From Candidatus Bathyarchaeota archaeon (GTDB lineage: Archaea; Thermoproteota; Bathyarchaeia; Bathyarchaeales; Bathycorpusculaceae), in NCBI GenBank assembly GCA_963806535.1, contig CAWDYC010000004.1:96001-160000 (forward strand): a DNA stretch of 64,000 bases. The letters run 5' to 3'. The position numbers and the translations under genes are program-made. Numbering within the stretch: the first letter of the stretch is position 1; every line of letters starts with the position of its first letter. Positions 31,495 through 41,680 of this stretch are shown here, piece by piece. The notes under the pieces were generated by a model. That model saw only the letters and a list, made by a program, of their open reading frames with translations, was not told the DNA's origin and ran no database searches.

Positions 31495-32839
31495 TTCTGC
31501 CCATAAAACTCAATGAAGCAATAGCAACTTGCGCAATTGACAGTACGGCACCAACTTTAAGGTATTCTTTCAGGCTAAGGTTAACGCCTTTCCGCCTCAT
31601 CATTTCCATCCACATCAAAATCGCCAGCGACCCAAGAGGGAAAAAGTGTGGACCCAAATTGTTTCCGATGACATTGCTGAAAATCAAGTTTGTCAAGGTT
31701 GTTCCAGTAACTGCTGCATGTTGGATGCTTAGCAAACCCAGAATTGTCATTGGCCAATTATTCATGAAACTTGCCCCAACCGTAACAACCATGCTTGGCC
31801 CAAAAACTCCAAGGCAGACGGAAGCTTGCTTGTAGCTACCAGGGCAGAAGCTAACAGGTTTGTGACGCCTGCCGTTTCTAATCCTTGAACCACCAAGAAG
31901 ATGCTAAGCATGAACAACACGATATCCCAATTGATTTCTCTTGCCAAACCTGTGAGCCCTTTCTTTTCGCCGTTTACCGAGCCATTATGCTTCAACGTAA
32001 ACCAGTAAACAACTACAAGGAAACACTTCGCCACTACAAATTATAAGTGAAACTGGAAATCTATTCAAAGAAGTTAAAACGTAGCCTACATCTATCGCAA
32101 TGAGCGTAGCTATGCTTATTTTCAATAAATTGGAAGAAATTGCTGGTTTGCCTCTGGTTAAAGTCTCTGCGGCTGCGATGTCGTAGGTTTTGGGTATTTG
32201 TTTTCGGAAAAAGAGGTAAATCAACAGGAGGCTGCTTAGGAGAACTACGACGGCGACGGGACCCATAAAAATCAAGTGGTCGATGAAGCTGTACTTGAAA
32301 AAGTCGGCGCTCAAGATGTTGATTGGGTTGCTTGTAATTAATGGCATTGCTGCTGTATCAGCGATTAAGCCCGCAGTAAAAAGATAGGCAAGTCTACTTT
32401 TTCCACCGATGCCAAGGCAAGTGACAACCTCCAATACGATCGGCGTTAAAATTAAGACGGCGCTGTCATTTGCAAAAAGAATACTTACCGCTGCAGTTAA
32501 CAAAGCAATGTAAAAGTAAAGACGCAAGCCGCTGCCGCCAGCCAACTTCACCACACGCAACGCAGCCCACTTGAAGAAGCCCATAGCATCCAAAGTAACC
32601 GACAACGCAACGATACCGAGAAACGCCAGCGCTGCATCCCAAATATTCAAAAAAGATTGTGCCGCCTGCCCCAAACTAACAGTGCCAAGCAGAAGGGAAG
32701 CAGCCGCTCCGATACCAGCCGCATAACCCAACCGCAGACCAAATGGCCGTTTGATCATCAAGAAAAGCGTGACTGCAAAAATAGCACACTGCAGCAACTG
32801 TGATGTAATCCAAGACTTAGCCTCGCGTTGTTTTAGCAA
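31468..32839 (-). CDS. arsB: ArsB/NhaD-family (arsenical) membrane transporter (frameshifted)
   Basis: LFANDSAVLILTP, PL.TSNP.N, NN.P, G...P.GSLA.L.W. Confidence 0.85.
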
Positions 32840-33060
32840 AGCGTGTCTTTCAGGTATAAAAAATTAGCTTATCCAATAAACCGTAATTTGACGTTTAATC
32901 AAATTGTAATTTGATAAAAAGGTATTGTGTGTCATAAATCTAAGGGTGAAGAAGTTGAAATACCTCTGCCGCGACTAAGATATCCCTAAATTTTCTAATA
33001 TACGCCATGTACTTGAAAGTAACCTTTTGAAGAGTTCTCGGATGGTGTTTAAGCTTGTCT

Positions 33061-33312
33061 CTAAAATTGCCGTTCAATTATGGTTTTTATTATAGCCTGT
33101 GTTATGATTTCCTCTTCTAATGGCTTTCCAGTTAATTTTTTGTGCTCAATTATATGTGCATTTATGGCTTTTTTCATTGCAGGCAAATCTGGAACGATCA
33201 TGATGCAGGCTCCACATGAACATTTGTAAATAGGTATTTTGTTAGTTTCTTCAGTGTGAATTTGAGAACTTTTTATTTGTGCTTTATTCTCATTTATTTT
33301 TAATTTTATCAC
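33061..33312 (-). CDS. Small CxC...HxxxH Zn-binding hypothetical protein
   Basis: YKCSCGACI...AINAHIIEH. Confidence 0.65.
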   Translation of the reverse strand: MIKLKINENKAQIKSSQIHTEETNKIPIYKCSCGACIMIVPDLPAMKKAINAHIIEHKKLTGKPLEEEIITQAIIKTIIERQF

Positions 33313-33501
33313 CCTAACGTTTCGGTCGGGAGTATTCTGTATTCAGATTACATTCAACAACTAAGATAACGTTTTTTACAAAGTCAAATTCGCTTGATTA
33401 GCATAGACGCCTTCGCAAGCTTGTAAAGTGCAGCTAACAAATCTTGTTATCCTTACTTCCTAAACAAACTTATATGCAATTTATTGTTTGAGTATCAAAC
33501 A

Positions 33502-33567
33502 GTTAAGGGGTCACTTCCACAGTAAGGCGTCCCTCTCCCTTAGAAAAGGGGATTTTTGGCCCTTAAC
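33502..33567 (+). ncRNA. Candidate small stem-loop RNA/element
   Basis: GTTAAGGGGTCA/TGGCCCTTAAC stem, inner TCCCTT/AAGGGG hairpin, TTATAT box ~30 nt upstream. Confidence 0.35.
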
Positions 33568-33582
33568 CTCAAAAGTTATTTT

Positions 33583-33807
33583 TTAAATCGCACTTTTTGA
33601 TTTTAGGCTTTTTCGATTGAAGCCTTTTAAACCAACTAAAATCATGAGACTGCCAATAATTACAAAAGATATTTCCAATGAGTTTAGAATGGCGCTTTCT
33701 TCATAGATCTTCATAAAGCCTATTATGAAGAAGAATAATCCCAAAAAGTCTAGATTTACACCGATAAGTGTGAGGTACAAACGAGTTTTCATGCTTATTT
33801 TGCTCAT
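33583..33807 (-). CDS. Small 2-TM hypothetical protein
   Basis: Two hydrophobic helices. Confidence 0.6.
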   Translation of the reverse strand: MSKISMKTRLYLTLIGVNLDFLGLFFFIIGFMKIYEESAILNSLEISFVIIGSLMILVGLKGFNRKSLKSKSAI

Positions 33808-34011
33808 TAATCACTCTTCCGTATTTTCCGGATTTAAGAATTGTCATCAATTATGAGCTAGGTAATTCTTTTAGTCTTTACTTAACATTTTTTCGACTTT
33901 GCTTCCAAATGGTTTTAAGCCATCAGCACAAGCTGTCTTTCTAAATGTTAATTTGGTAATCAGAGTGGCTTTCAATAAACGTTAAGAAAATGTGCATTTG
34001 CCGCTGGATTA

Positions 34012-34248
34012 CTATTTTCCTGTGACTTTCCTTGTCGCGATTTCAATGTCTTTTGTTTGGATAGTTTTTCTTCCCGCGTAAATTGCATAATCCAATGCTT
34101 CTTTTGCAATCTTTGTGCCGATCTCATCGAGAACTTTTGCAAGCTCCTGAGCTGCTGTTTCACTTACTCTGTCTGCTCCAGCTTTCTTGCATAATCGATG
34201 CATTGGAGCCATCGCTATTTCTATTTCTTTCATCTTGTCTTTCTCCAC
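34012..34248 (-). CDS. Archaeal histone (HMf-type)
   Basis: APMHRLCKKAGADRVSE...A.YAGRKTI...DIEIA histone fold. Confidence 0.95.
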   Translation of the reverse strand: MEKDKMKEIEIAMAPMHRLCKKAGADRVSETAAQELAKVLDEIGTKIAKEALDYAIYAGRKTIQTKDIEIATRKVTGK

Positions 34249-34360
34249 AGTCTCTTTACCTTTTTAAGGTAATATTAAGCTTTGTTATCTTTATTCTCTT
34301 TGAATTGGGCAAATTATAAATACAAACAACGACATAATTCATATCCCGAGGTTTATTAGA

Positions 34361-34417
34361 GTGGCCAAGAAACCAGCTAAGAAAGAAGTTAAAAAAGCCC
34401 CAGCAAAGAAAAAGTAA
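34361..34417 (+). CDS. Lys/Ala/Pro-rich 18-aa micropeptide MAKKPAKKEVKKAPAKKK
   Basis: GTG start, GAGGT RBS, GGCAAATTATAAA promoter at ~34308, T-rich terminator at 34441-34458. Confidence 0.6.
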   Translation: MAKKPAKKEVKKAPAKKK

Positions 34418-34514
34418 AATCTCGGCATAAGCACATTTACTCTCTTTTTTCTTTTTTTAAGAAATCGTTAATGTAATCGCCGATCAAAATGGTAGAAAAC
34501 AAAGGTTAGTTTTC

Positions 34515-34853
34515 TTACTGTTTGTCAGTAAGGTCCTTAAGCTGTTTTTTGTTTAATCCAACTCCTGGTTCTGCGTCCAGACGTTTGTGCACTTTTCCTT
34601 TTTTGAACATTATCACTGTTGGGTAGTATTCTATGGCGTATTCTTCGCAGACATCGGGCTCCTCGTCTACAATGACGCTTAGGCACTCTTTCGGATTACT
34701 CTTTGAATATTCCTCAAAAATTGGCAGGAACCGCTGTGAAAACGGGCACCAAGTTGCATAGAAGAGAACATATGCTTTGTCTTTGTCCTCTATTTTTTCG
34801 TGGAAAGTGTTTTTCTTTTGGTTTATATTTTTTTGTTTCTTTGCCGCGCTCAT
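34515..34853 (-). CDS. Thioredoxin-like protein (CPFS variant)
   Basis: FYATWCPFS, YYPTVIMFKKG. Confidence 0.85.
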   Translation of the reverse strand: MSAAKKQKNINQKKNTFHEKIEDKDKAYVLFYATWCPFSQRFLPIFEEYSKSNPKECLSVIVDEEPDVCEEYAIEYYPTVIMFKKGKVHKRLDAEPGVGLNKKQLKDLTDKQ

Positions 34854-34866
34854 GAGTTATAACACC

Positions 34867-35729
34867 TCAATATCCTGTTTGAGGATCAAGAGAGCTTCTT
34901 GTTTTTATAAAAGTACCGTCTTCCAGCTCTTCAAAGGCGTTGTCTAGTTCTTCTTCAGTATTCATTACGATGGGTCCTCTCCAAGCCACAGGCTCATTCA
35001 AAGGTTCACCTGACACATAAAGAAAGCGACTGCCGTTTTTTGAACTTATTTTGACAGAATCTCCTTCGCCAAAGACTACGCATTGCCCCTCCGTTATGGT
35101 TTTACTCTGAACCTCAACAGAGCCCTTAACGATATAGGCAAACACTGTATCGTTCTTGGTTGTTTTGTGTTCAAATGTTTTTCCTGTGGCTAACTCTACA
35201 TCAAAATACTCTATGTCAATTGCTAAGTCACGAACAGGTCCCTGAATTCCATCTACATTTCCCGCTATGACTTTAATCTTTATGCCATCTTTTTTGGACT
35301 GTTGGGATTTGTTCTTTTACTATTCCTCGGTATTTGGGATTAACCATCTTTTTCTTTGCGGGCAAGTTTACCCATAGTTGGAAGCCCTGCATCAAGCCGT
35401 CATATTTTTGTGGCATTTCCTGATGAATTATGCCTGAACCCGCAGTCATCCATTGTACGTCTCCAGATTTTATTACGCCCTTGTTGCCCATGCTATCGCC
35501 ATGTTCAACCTCGCCTGTCCACATGTAAGTGACCGTTTCCATTCCTCTGTGGGGATGCCAAGGAAAACCTTTGATGTAGTCTTCAGGGTTGTCTGATCCA
35601 AAGTGGTCTAAAAGCAAGAAAGGGTCAAGCGTAGAGTCTTCATCGTTACCCAAAACTCTTTTCAGCTTAACTCCTGCGCCTTCAAGAGTAAGCGTGACGC
35701 TTCAAAATCCTTTGAATTTGTCTCTCCAA
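34867..35729 (-). CDS. Pirin family protein (frameshifts)
   Basis: LEGAGV, DPFLLLD, GFPWHPHRGMET, GFQLWVNLP, GPIVMNT. Confidence 0.9.
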
Positions 35730-35850
35730 AAAATCGCCTAAAGATACTAAATTGAATCATCCTATATTTGTTATTCGATGTGGAAAAGAATTGGGAATTG
35801 GGGTGATTACTCTGTATTCCCTTCTTCATTTGACTGTTATTAACTATTGA

Positions 35851-36295
35851 TTATGATAGTCCAAGCTGTTTCATGAATCCGACAACATCGTAGAATAGTC
35901 TTTCTTCGACGATTTCGCCGTTTTTCCAGGTGGCAACTGTGCAGAATTCAAGCTTTGCTGTTTTTCCAGTGGGCGGGATCATCTTTCCGTCTGCACCTTT
36001 CATGGGTCCTTTCATGGTTACCGTCCAATCGGCGACGGTGCATGTGTGGTCTCCATCACCAAACGCTATCTTGTAGGGGTTGTTGACTAATCGATTGTCA
36101 AAGGTTTTGAAGAACTCTGTAGCTTCGACGTCATGGTTGTGTCGTCCTACTGTGGGTAAGGGTTGAGCTGGCCAATACACTTTGACGTCTTCTCTGTGAC
36201 GTTTCTTAAACGTCTCCCAAAGTGGACTTTCTGGGACCTGCATTCCATGCATCATCAAGTGTCTTCATTAACTCAAGGTTTTCTTTAACTCCCAT
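35851..36295 (-). CDS. SnoaL-like ester cyclase / NTF2 fold protein (frameshift near 36240)
   Basis: MGVKENLELMKTLDDAWN..., IPPTGK, GEIVEERLFYD. Confidence 0.85.
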
Positions 36296-36504
36296 ATCGT
36301 TCACCTCACTCTTTTAGGAGATATTTTGTGCTAATAAACTTATGATGCACACAAGAAAACCTAAGTCAAGAAAACTAAACTAACAGAGAGGCGCATAGTC
36401 CAGAAACCTTGACGAAAAGCTTTTTATCCCCAAAAAAATGACGGACTCTTTAGGCGAAGCATGTTTTGCACTTTCGATTAAACTCCTTGAAGGACGGTAA
36501 ACTA

Positions 36505-37881
36505 ATGTCTAAGAAAAACCTCTTAGTTTTATTAACAATTAGTTCCCTTTTTTTCACGTTAATCCAACCAAGCATGTCTCAAGTTCAATCATCTACATTC
36601 CAAGGCTGGCAAGTTGAAAACAACGGGGGTTTCTATGCTGAATCAAACGACACTCTAAGATTATGGGCAAACGGCGGAAACGATTGTCCCTCCATATCGC
36701 TTTACAAACCTATCAAACCCACAACTGATTTCACCTTCTCTTTACAAGTCAACGCCGAGACACCAGAAAGCTGCGGAATATGCTTCAGAAAAAGCCTACC
36801 AATTGCTGGAAGTATGCTGGGATTTAACTTTGAATTCGGACACTATAGTCAGGATCTTTTTCTATTGGCTAGGAACTCCAATAGCTCGACAACTAGCCCA
36901 GACGTTTACTCGAGAGATTCAAGCAACTGGACAGCTAGCCAAGTTGCTTATGGAGACCCACACGTTTGGTATACACTGCAAGTAAGCGTTTCTGCATCTC
37001 CTTTTACAATCTCAACCTCCGTCTTCGATGAAAATGGCACTTCAGAAGGGTCATTTTCAACATCCGAAATAACCGATTTTACATTTGCAGATATCAATTA
37101 CGTAGGCCTGTGTGTGTGGGGATATTCGCCTTCAGACTATTCATTTAGAAACATCCAAAACCCCTTTGATAACCCCGCAAACATTTCAATCTCAACAGAG
37201 TGCGATTCAACAACCGCTGGTTCAGCAGTTAATGTTTTTGGCACCTTAACCGATTCAAACAGTACACCCTTGCAAAATAAAATAGTTGTTTTGTCATACA
37301 CTTTTTCTGGAGCTGGTTCGTGGATTCCGATTAGTTCAGGACTCACAGACGAACAAGGCAACTATAATATTCAATGGATAAACAGCGCCTCAGGAACATT
37401 TACACTTAAAACAGAATGGATCGGAGACTCGACATACACGGACGCAAGTAATACCACCACATTGAGTTTTTTGCCCTACCAAAATAAACAAGTTTTCTTT
37501 ATTGAAACAAACAGCACAGTTTACGATTTAGCCTTCAACAACGAAACATCTACTTTGAGTTTCAATGTAACGGGGCCGTCAGGAACTGCAGGTTACGTGA
37601 AAGCAACAATATCCAAAAGCTTACTTACAAACAGTGAAAACCTGAAAGCTTACATTGACGGAAATCAACTTAATTATTCAGCAACATCAACAGTTGATTC
37701 CTGGGTTTTAACATTTAATTATCACCACAGTACCCACCAAATAACCCTCAGATTGGGAACTAATGCGTCCTCAAAAGAACCGTTGGGGAATGAACTAGTT
37801 TTAGTTGTTATCGTAGCCTTATTTGGCATAGTGTTGGCTGTTGAAACAAAATATTGCTTGGTCAAAAAGGCAAAATCCTAA
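36505..37881 (+). CDS. Secreted, C-terminally anchored S/T-rich surface protein with Ig-like domains
   Basis: Signal peptide, beta-rich repeats, TFNYHHSTH, C-terminal TM. Confidence 0.8.
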   Translation: MSKKNLLVLLTISSLFFTLIQPSMSQVQSSTFQGWQVENNGGFYAESNDTLRLWANGGNDCPSISLYKPIKPTTDFTFSLQVNAETPESCGICFRKSLPIAGSMLGFNFEFGHYSQDLFLLARNSNSSTTSPDVYSRDSSNWTASQVAYGDPHVWYTLQVSVSASPFTISTSVFDENGTSEGSFSTSEITDFTFADINYVGLCVWGYSPSDYSFRNIQNPFDNPANISISTECDSTTAGSAVNVFGTLTDSNSTPLQNKIVVLSYTFSGAGSWIPISSGLTDEQGNYNIQWINSASGTFTLKTEWIGDSTYTDASNTTTLSFLPYQNKQVFFIETNSTVYDLAFNNETSTLSFNVTGPSGTAGYVKATISKSLLTNSENLKAYIDGNQLNYSATSTVDSWVLTFNYHHSTHQITLRLGTNASSKEPLGNELVLVVIVALFGIVLAVETKYCLVKKAKS

Positions 37882-37998
37882 AGTATTAAGTTCTATTTTT
37901 TATTAAAAAAATAATTTATTAATCATGCTGGAGATGGACTTAACTCTTCCATCTACAGAGAGAGCTATTAAAATTAAAATAAAAAAAAGAGAAAAAAT

Positions 37999-39066
37999 TT
38001 ACTCTTGTTTCTTGGCTTTTCCAGGACGCAGTGAACGTACGGTTGTGCCTGCACGCCACATTTCGCTATTAGCCATTTCTTTGAGTTCATCAGCGAGTTT
38101 CTGGCGGTAGTCTGGTGCTTGGCTCTTTTCGAGTACGATGCGTGTTTCTTCTCCTGCAGCCACGAGTTCGTAGAGTGAATCAAACACTGGTTGAGTGGCT
38201 TCGCGGAAGCGGGGTCTCCATCTGAGTGCGCCGATGCGTGCGGTTTCGCTGCAGTTGCAGTACATCCAATCCATGCCGTTTTCGTCTACTAAACGTATGA
38301 GGCTTTGGGTAAGTTCTTCGACTGTTTCATTGAAGGCTTCGCTTGGGCTGTGTCCATGTGAACGTAGTGTGTTGTATTGTGCTTCCATGATGCCGGCGAG
38401 TGCGCCCATTAGGACCCCTCGTTCGCCTGTTAGATCACTGTAGACTTCTTTTTCAAAGGTTGTTGGGAACAAATATCCTGCGCCGATTGCGATTCCCATG
38501 GCTTTGGCACGGTCCATTGCCTTTCCTGTTGCGTCTTGACCAACTGCGAAGCTGCAGTTTATGCCAGTTCCATCAACAAAGTTTCTGCGCACGGAAGTGC
38601 CTGAGCCTTTAGGTGCAACAAGAATTACGTCTACGTCTTTTGGTGGGATAACGCCTGTTTGTTCTTTGTAAACGATGCTAAAGCCGTGGCTGAAGTAGAT
38701 TGCGTCGCCTTTCTTGAGGGTTGCTTTGATTTTTGGCCAAACCATTTTTTGTCCTGCATCGGTTAAGAGGAACATTTTGATTGTGCCTTTTTTGGCTGCT
38801 TCTTCCATTGGGAAGAGGTTTTCGCCAGGTTTCCAGCCGTCGGCGATTGCTTTGTCCCATTCTTTTTTGAATACGCCTTCTTTTTCTTGTCCTATTATTA
38901 CTTTTACTCCGTTGTCTCTCATGTTTAGTGATTGGGCTTGGCCTTGGATGCCGTAGCCAAGTGAGACGACGACTTCGTCTTTGAGGATTTTTTGGGCTTG
39001 TGCCACTGTGAATTCTTTTCTTGTGATGACGTCTTCTTTTACGCCACCGAAATCCATCTTTACCAT
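37999..39066 (-). CDS. ilvC: Ketol-acid reductoisomerase
   Basis: GYGIQG, FSHGF, VAPKGSG, SDLTGERGVLMG, EAFNETVEE. Confidence 0.96.
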   Translation of the reverse strand: MVKMDFGGVKEDVITRKEFTVAQAQKILKDEVVVSLGYGIQGQAQSLNMRDNGVKVIIGQEKEGVFKKEWDKAIADGWKPGENLFPMEEAAKKGTIKMFLLTDAGQKMVWPKIKATLKKGDAIYFSHGFSIVYKEQTGVIPPKDVDVILVAPKGSGTSVRRNFVDGTGINCSFAVGQDATGKAMDRAKAMGIAIGAGYLFPTTFEKEVYSDLTGERGVLMGALAGIMEAQYNTLRSHGHSPSEAFNETVEELTQSLIRLVDENGMDWMYCNCSETARIGALRWRPRFREATQPVFDSLYELVAAGEETRIVLEKSQAPDYRQKLADELKEMANSEMWRAGTTVRSLRPGKAKKQE

Positions 39067-39207
39067 TTTATTTTACCTTCAAGCCAGAGACTTTAGAAGA
39101 CGAGGTAATTAAGAATTACGCAGATGGGAAACCAAGATAATTGCCAAAGTTGTTTCGGTTAATTTTTGAACAAGTAGTTTAGTAGTTTACTTTTACTAGA
39201 ATCGAGT

Positions 39208-39807
39208 TTATTTCTTAGTTTTATTGTTTGGGTCTATTTTCAATCCTTTTGCAATTTTTTCAGAGATAAAATAACTTGTTGGAATAACGTAAAGTGGTAC
39301 TGTGATATTAAACAGAACAATACTTGGCATAATTGCACGAACTATTGAATATGCCACTGAAATGCTTAAACCTGACACAATTGACACCAAAAACCCGTAT
39401 ACTGTGTAATCTAAGGGTATCATGATAAGTGTTCGCGTCAAAATACATAGAACTGTGGCAAGAAGCGCGGATTGTAATGATCCATCATTTTTTCCTTTAA
39501 CATTTCGCCAAGCCACTATTTTTTGAGTAATATATAATCCTGAAAGCATTGCAAGAACAGAGACGAAGTAGTATGGTGGACCAACAAAACTTCCCGGACC
39601 GAATTCAATAGTCATAGACGCAAACATACTCAAGAATGCTGCTGATACACCATATATCGGACCAAAAAGTAGAAATGCGGTAACTATTGCAATATCACCA
39701 AATTGATAGCTGAAAGCAGGGAGGAAAGGCACAGGAATTCTAACTAGGTTTAGAACGGTTGTAAGGGCCGTAAAAGCGATTATTATTCCTATTGCCTTAG
39801 TGTTCAT
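39208..39807 (-). CDS. ECF transporter S component-like membrane protein
   Basis: IPVPFLP...FGDIAIV.AFLLFGP..G; FNI motif in last helix. Confidence 0.8.
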   Translation of the reverse strand: MNTKAIGIIIAFTALTTVLNLVRIPVPFLPAFSYQFGDIAIVTAFLLFGPIYGVSAAFLSMFASMTIEFGPGSFVGPPYYFVSVLAMLSGLYITQKIVAWRNVKGKNDGSLQSALLATVLCILTRTLIMIPLDYTVYGFLVSIVSGLSISVAYSIVRAIMPSIVLFNITVPLYVIPTSYFISEKIAKGLKIDPNNKTKK

Positions 39808-39877
39808 TAAAACATAAGGTTCAAAGTAGACTATTTAAAATAATGGAGAAATAGTCCAGAAATTGATTTATAATTAA

Positions 39878-40363
39878 CTATTTGGGTGTTGCCAGTTCCT
39901 TAGCTCTCTCACTAAGAATTTTGCCAAAGTTTTGTCCTATCGGAAAATTGACATCGGCACTGCAAGCGATTTGTATATTTTGAACCTCCGGGATTTTTCT
40001 TGCTTCCTTGAGTAAAACTTGGATGCTTTCTAGATCAGTAATGGGCGCAATTGCGAGGATATCATAAGGTCCAATAGTTTCTGTTACCACGATGATATTC
40101 CTTACTTTCTTGAGGAGTGAAATTATTTCGGATTTATTGCCGTTTGGAGAAGTTTTTATCAATAGAAATGCTTTACCCTGATACCCAATTTTGGAAAGGT
40201 CAATTGAAACAATATGGCTAAAGACTACTCCTTCTTTTTTCATTTTCTCATAGCGTCTTCGGACTGTAAACGGTGAAGCCCTTATTTTTTTTGCTATTTT
40301 CACAAATGAGAGTGTTGAATCTAGCAGCAATTCGCTTAATATTTGATAATCTGTCTTATCCAT
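39878..40363 (-). CDS. Lrp/AsnC family regulator
   Basis: MDKTDYQIL..L..DS..SF..IA; RRRYEKM...GV; GPYD. Confidence 0.9.
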   Translation of the reverse strand: MDKTDYQILSELLLDSTLSFVKIAKKIRASPFTVRRRYEKMKKEGVVFSHIVSIDLSKIGYQGKAFLLIKTSPNGNKSEIISLLKKVRNIIVVTETIGPYDILAIAPITDLESIQVLLKEARKIPEVQNIQIACSADVNFPIGQNFGKILSERAKELATPK

Positions 40364-40366
40364 ACT

Positions 40367-40852
40367 TCATCGCTTTTTATTTGGATTAAGATCAATATTT
40401 TCAAAATTCATTTGGGGCATACCAGCCCAGACGTTGACAACTATCTTTTCTATTCCAAACCTTTTTCTAACAGCATTTATTTTTTGATTCAAATTATTAA
40501 TGTCTTCCGCATATATAACTGCGCAAAAATCGTATTCGCCTACGCAAGTTGAAGGTTCAATCAAATGAGTATGTTCTTTAAAGAATTCAATAAGCTCTTC
40601 TGGATTTGAATCTGTTTCCATACCAATTGTTGCGACTATGTGAAATCCCAGATTGTCTAGTGAAGGAAAAAGTGTTGCTCCTGTAATGACACCAAGGTCT
40701 TCTAAATGTTTAATTCGATTTAGCACAGCAACTGAAGATATATTACACGTTTTAGCGATATTTTTTAAGCTGGTGCGTGCGTCTTGGATAAGTGAGAATA
40801 GAATTTTTCTGTCCGTTTCATCAATTTCGACAGTCGTTTCTTTTTGCCTCAG
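40367..40852 (-). CDS. Lrp/AsnC family regulator (start uncertain)
   Basis: EIDETDRKILFSLIQDARTSLKNIAKTCNISSVAVLNRIKHL upstream and in frame with ORF 40367-40726; GEYD. Confidence 0.88.
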   Translation of the reverse strand: MRQKETTVEIDETDRKILFSLIQDARTSLKNIAKTCNISSVAVLNRIKHLEDLGVITGATLFPSLDNLGFHIVATIGMETDSNPEELIEFFKEHTHLIEPSTCVGEYDFCAVIYAEDINNLNQKINAVRKRFGIEKIVVNVWAGMPQMNFENIDLNPNKKR

Positions 40853-41038
40853 TCAATTAATGATTTACAATAACATAAACGCTTCTAAACGAGAAACTGT
40901 TTCTGCAAAAAGTTTTCAATTTTGCTATTAAATTAGCTGAAATAATGTTATTAGTTAATTATAATTGCTGAGAAATGGCTAGTTACTAAACATTTATATC
41001 AATTCAGGTTTTTGCTGTTGAGATATTGGAAAAAGGTG

Positions 41039-41145
41039 GAGAGGCTGAGAGGGCTCTGGTGATCATGGGTCAATTTGGTTTTGCTCATGAAAGATTTGCA
41101 TTTTCTTATCTTCCTTAGGTTTGTCCAGAGCCTCAGCAAACTTTC
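41039..41145 (+). ncRNA. Candidate sRNA, stem-loop element 1
   Basis: GCTGA-GAG-GGCTCTGG / CCAGAGCC-TCAGC-AAA; TTTATAT box at 40993; G-U pairs favour + strand. Confidence 0.6.
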
Positions 41146-41392
41146 TAAAAGGATAAAGCCAAGGCCAATAAATTTTTGTTAATAGCGCGTGTGACTGTTA
41201 CGTGTTTAAGATTTTGAATTAATCTTCAATGATATGCATAATTATCTAATAAATGCATTTTAATTAAGCAATAAGTGTATTAACATTAATAATGATTCTT
41301 AGAGAAAGGTTGAATGCAAAGATTTTATAACTTACTGGCTTATACTTCTTGACTAAGGCAAGTGAGCTTAGCACTTGTCAGAGAGAGATGTG

Positions 41393-41502
41393 AGGGGCTG
41401 AGCAGGCTTTGGTTAAAATCATTAAATCGCGGATGTTTCGGGAAATTCGGCTCTCTTATCCCTAAGTTCTTCCTTCAATTGTCCAAAGCCTCAGCAAACC
41501 CT
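41393..41502 (+). ncRNA. Candidate sRNA, stem-loop element 2 (paralog of element 1)
   Basis: GCTGA-GCA-GGCTTTGG / CCAAAGCC-TCAGC-AAA with compensatory change; TTTTATAA box at 41323. Confidence 0.6.
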
Positions 41503-41624
41503 GAACAATAAGAGACTTTCAAAAAATTTTATCAGAGACATTTAGAATGTGAAATCTGGTGAAATTCTAGTATAAATCGGAAAATTGTTTATTTTCACTA
41601 AAGGAACATAAGACTTTTAAGTGA

Positions 41625-41680
41625 AAGTAGTGCTTGCAGTTTCCTCTTATTATTTCTTCCTTAGGCTGCACGCTTTACTT
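41625..41680 (+). ncRNA. Candidate sRNA, stem-loop element 3
   Basis: AAGTAG..TGCAGT / GCTGCA..TTACTT enclosing CTCTTAT-TATT-TCTTCCTTAG. Confidence 0.45.

Noticed and set aside
41065-41465. Micro-ORFs MGQFGFAHERFAFSYLP and MFREIRLSYP inside the stem-loops as attenuator leader peptides
   Set aside because: Shared SY(L)P is a by-product of the conserved TCTTAT/TTCCTT nucleotide motif; lengths and starts differ and no gene follows directly
41039-41502. GCTGAG motif as a TPP riboswitch upstream of the ECF S component
   Set aside because: Lacks the CCTGAT...GNAATNC...GCGNAGG half; GCTGA is fully paired and on the strand opposite the transporter
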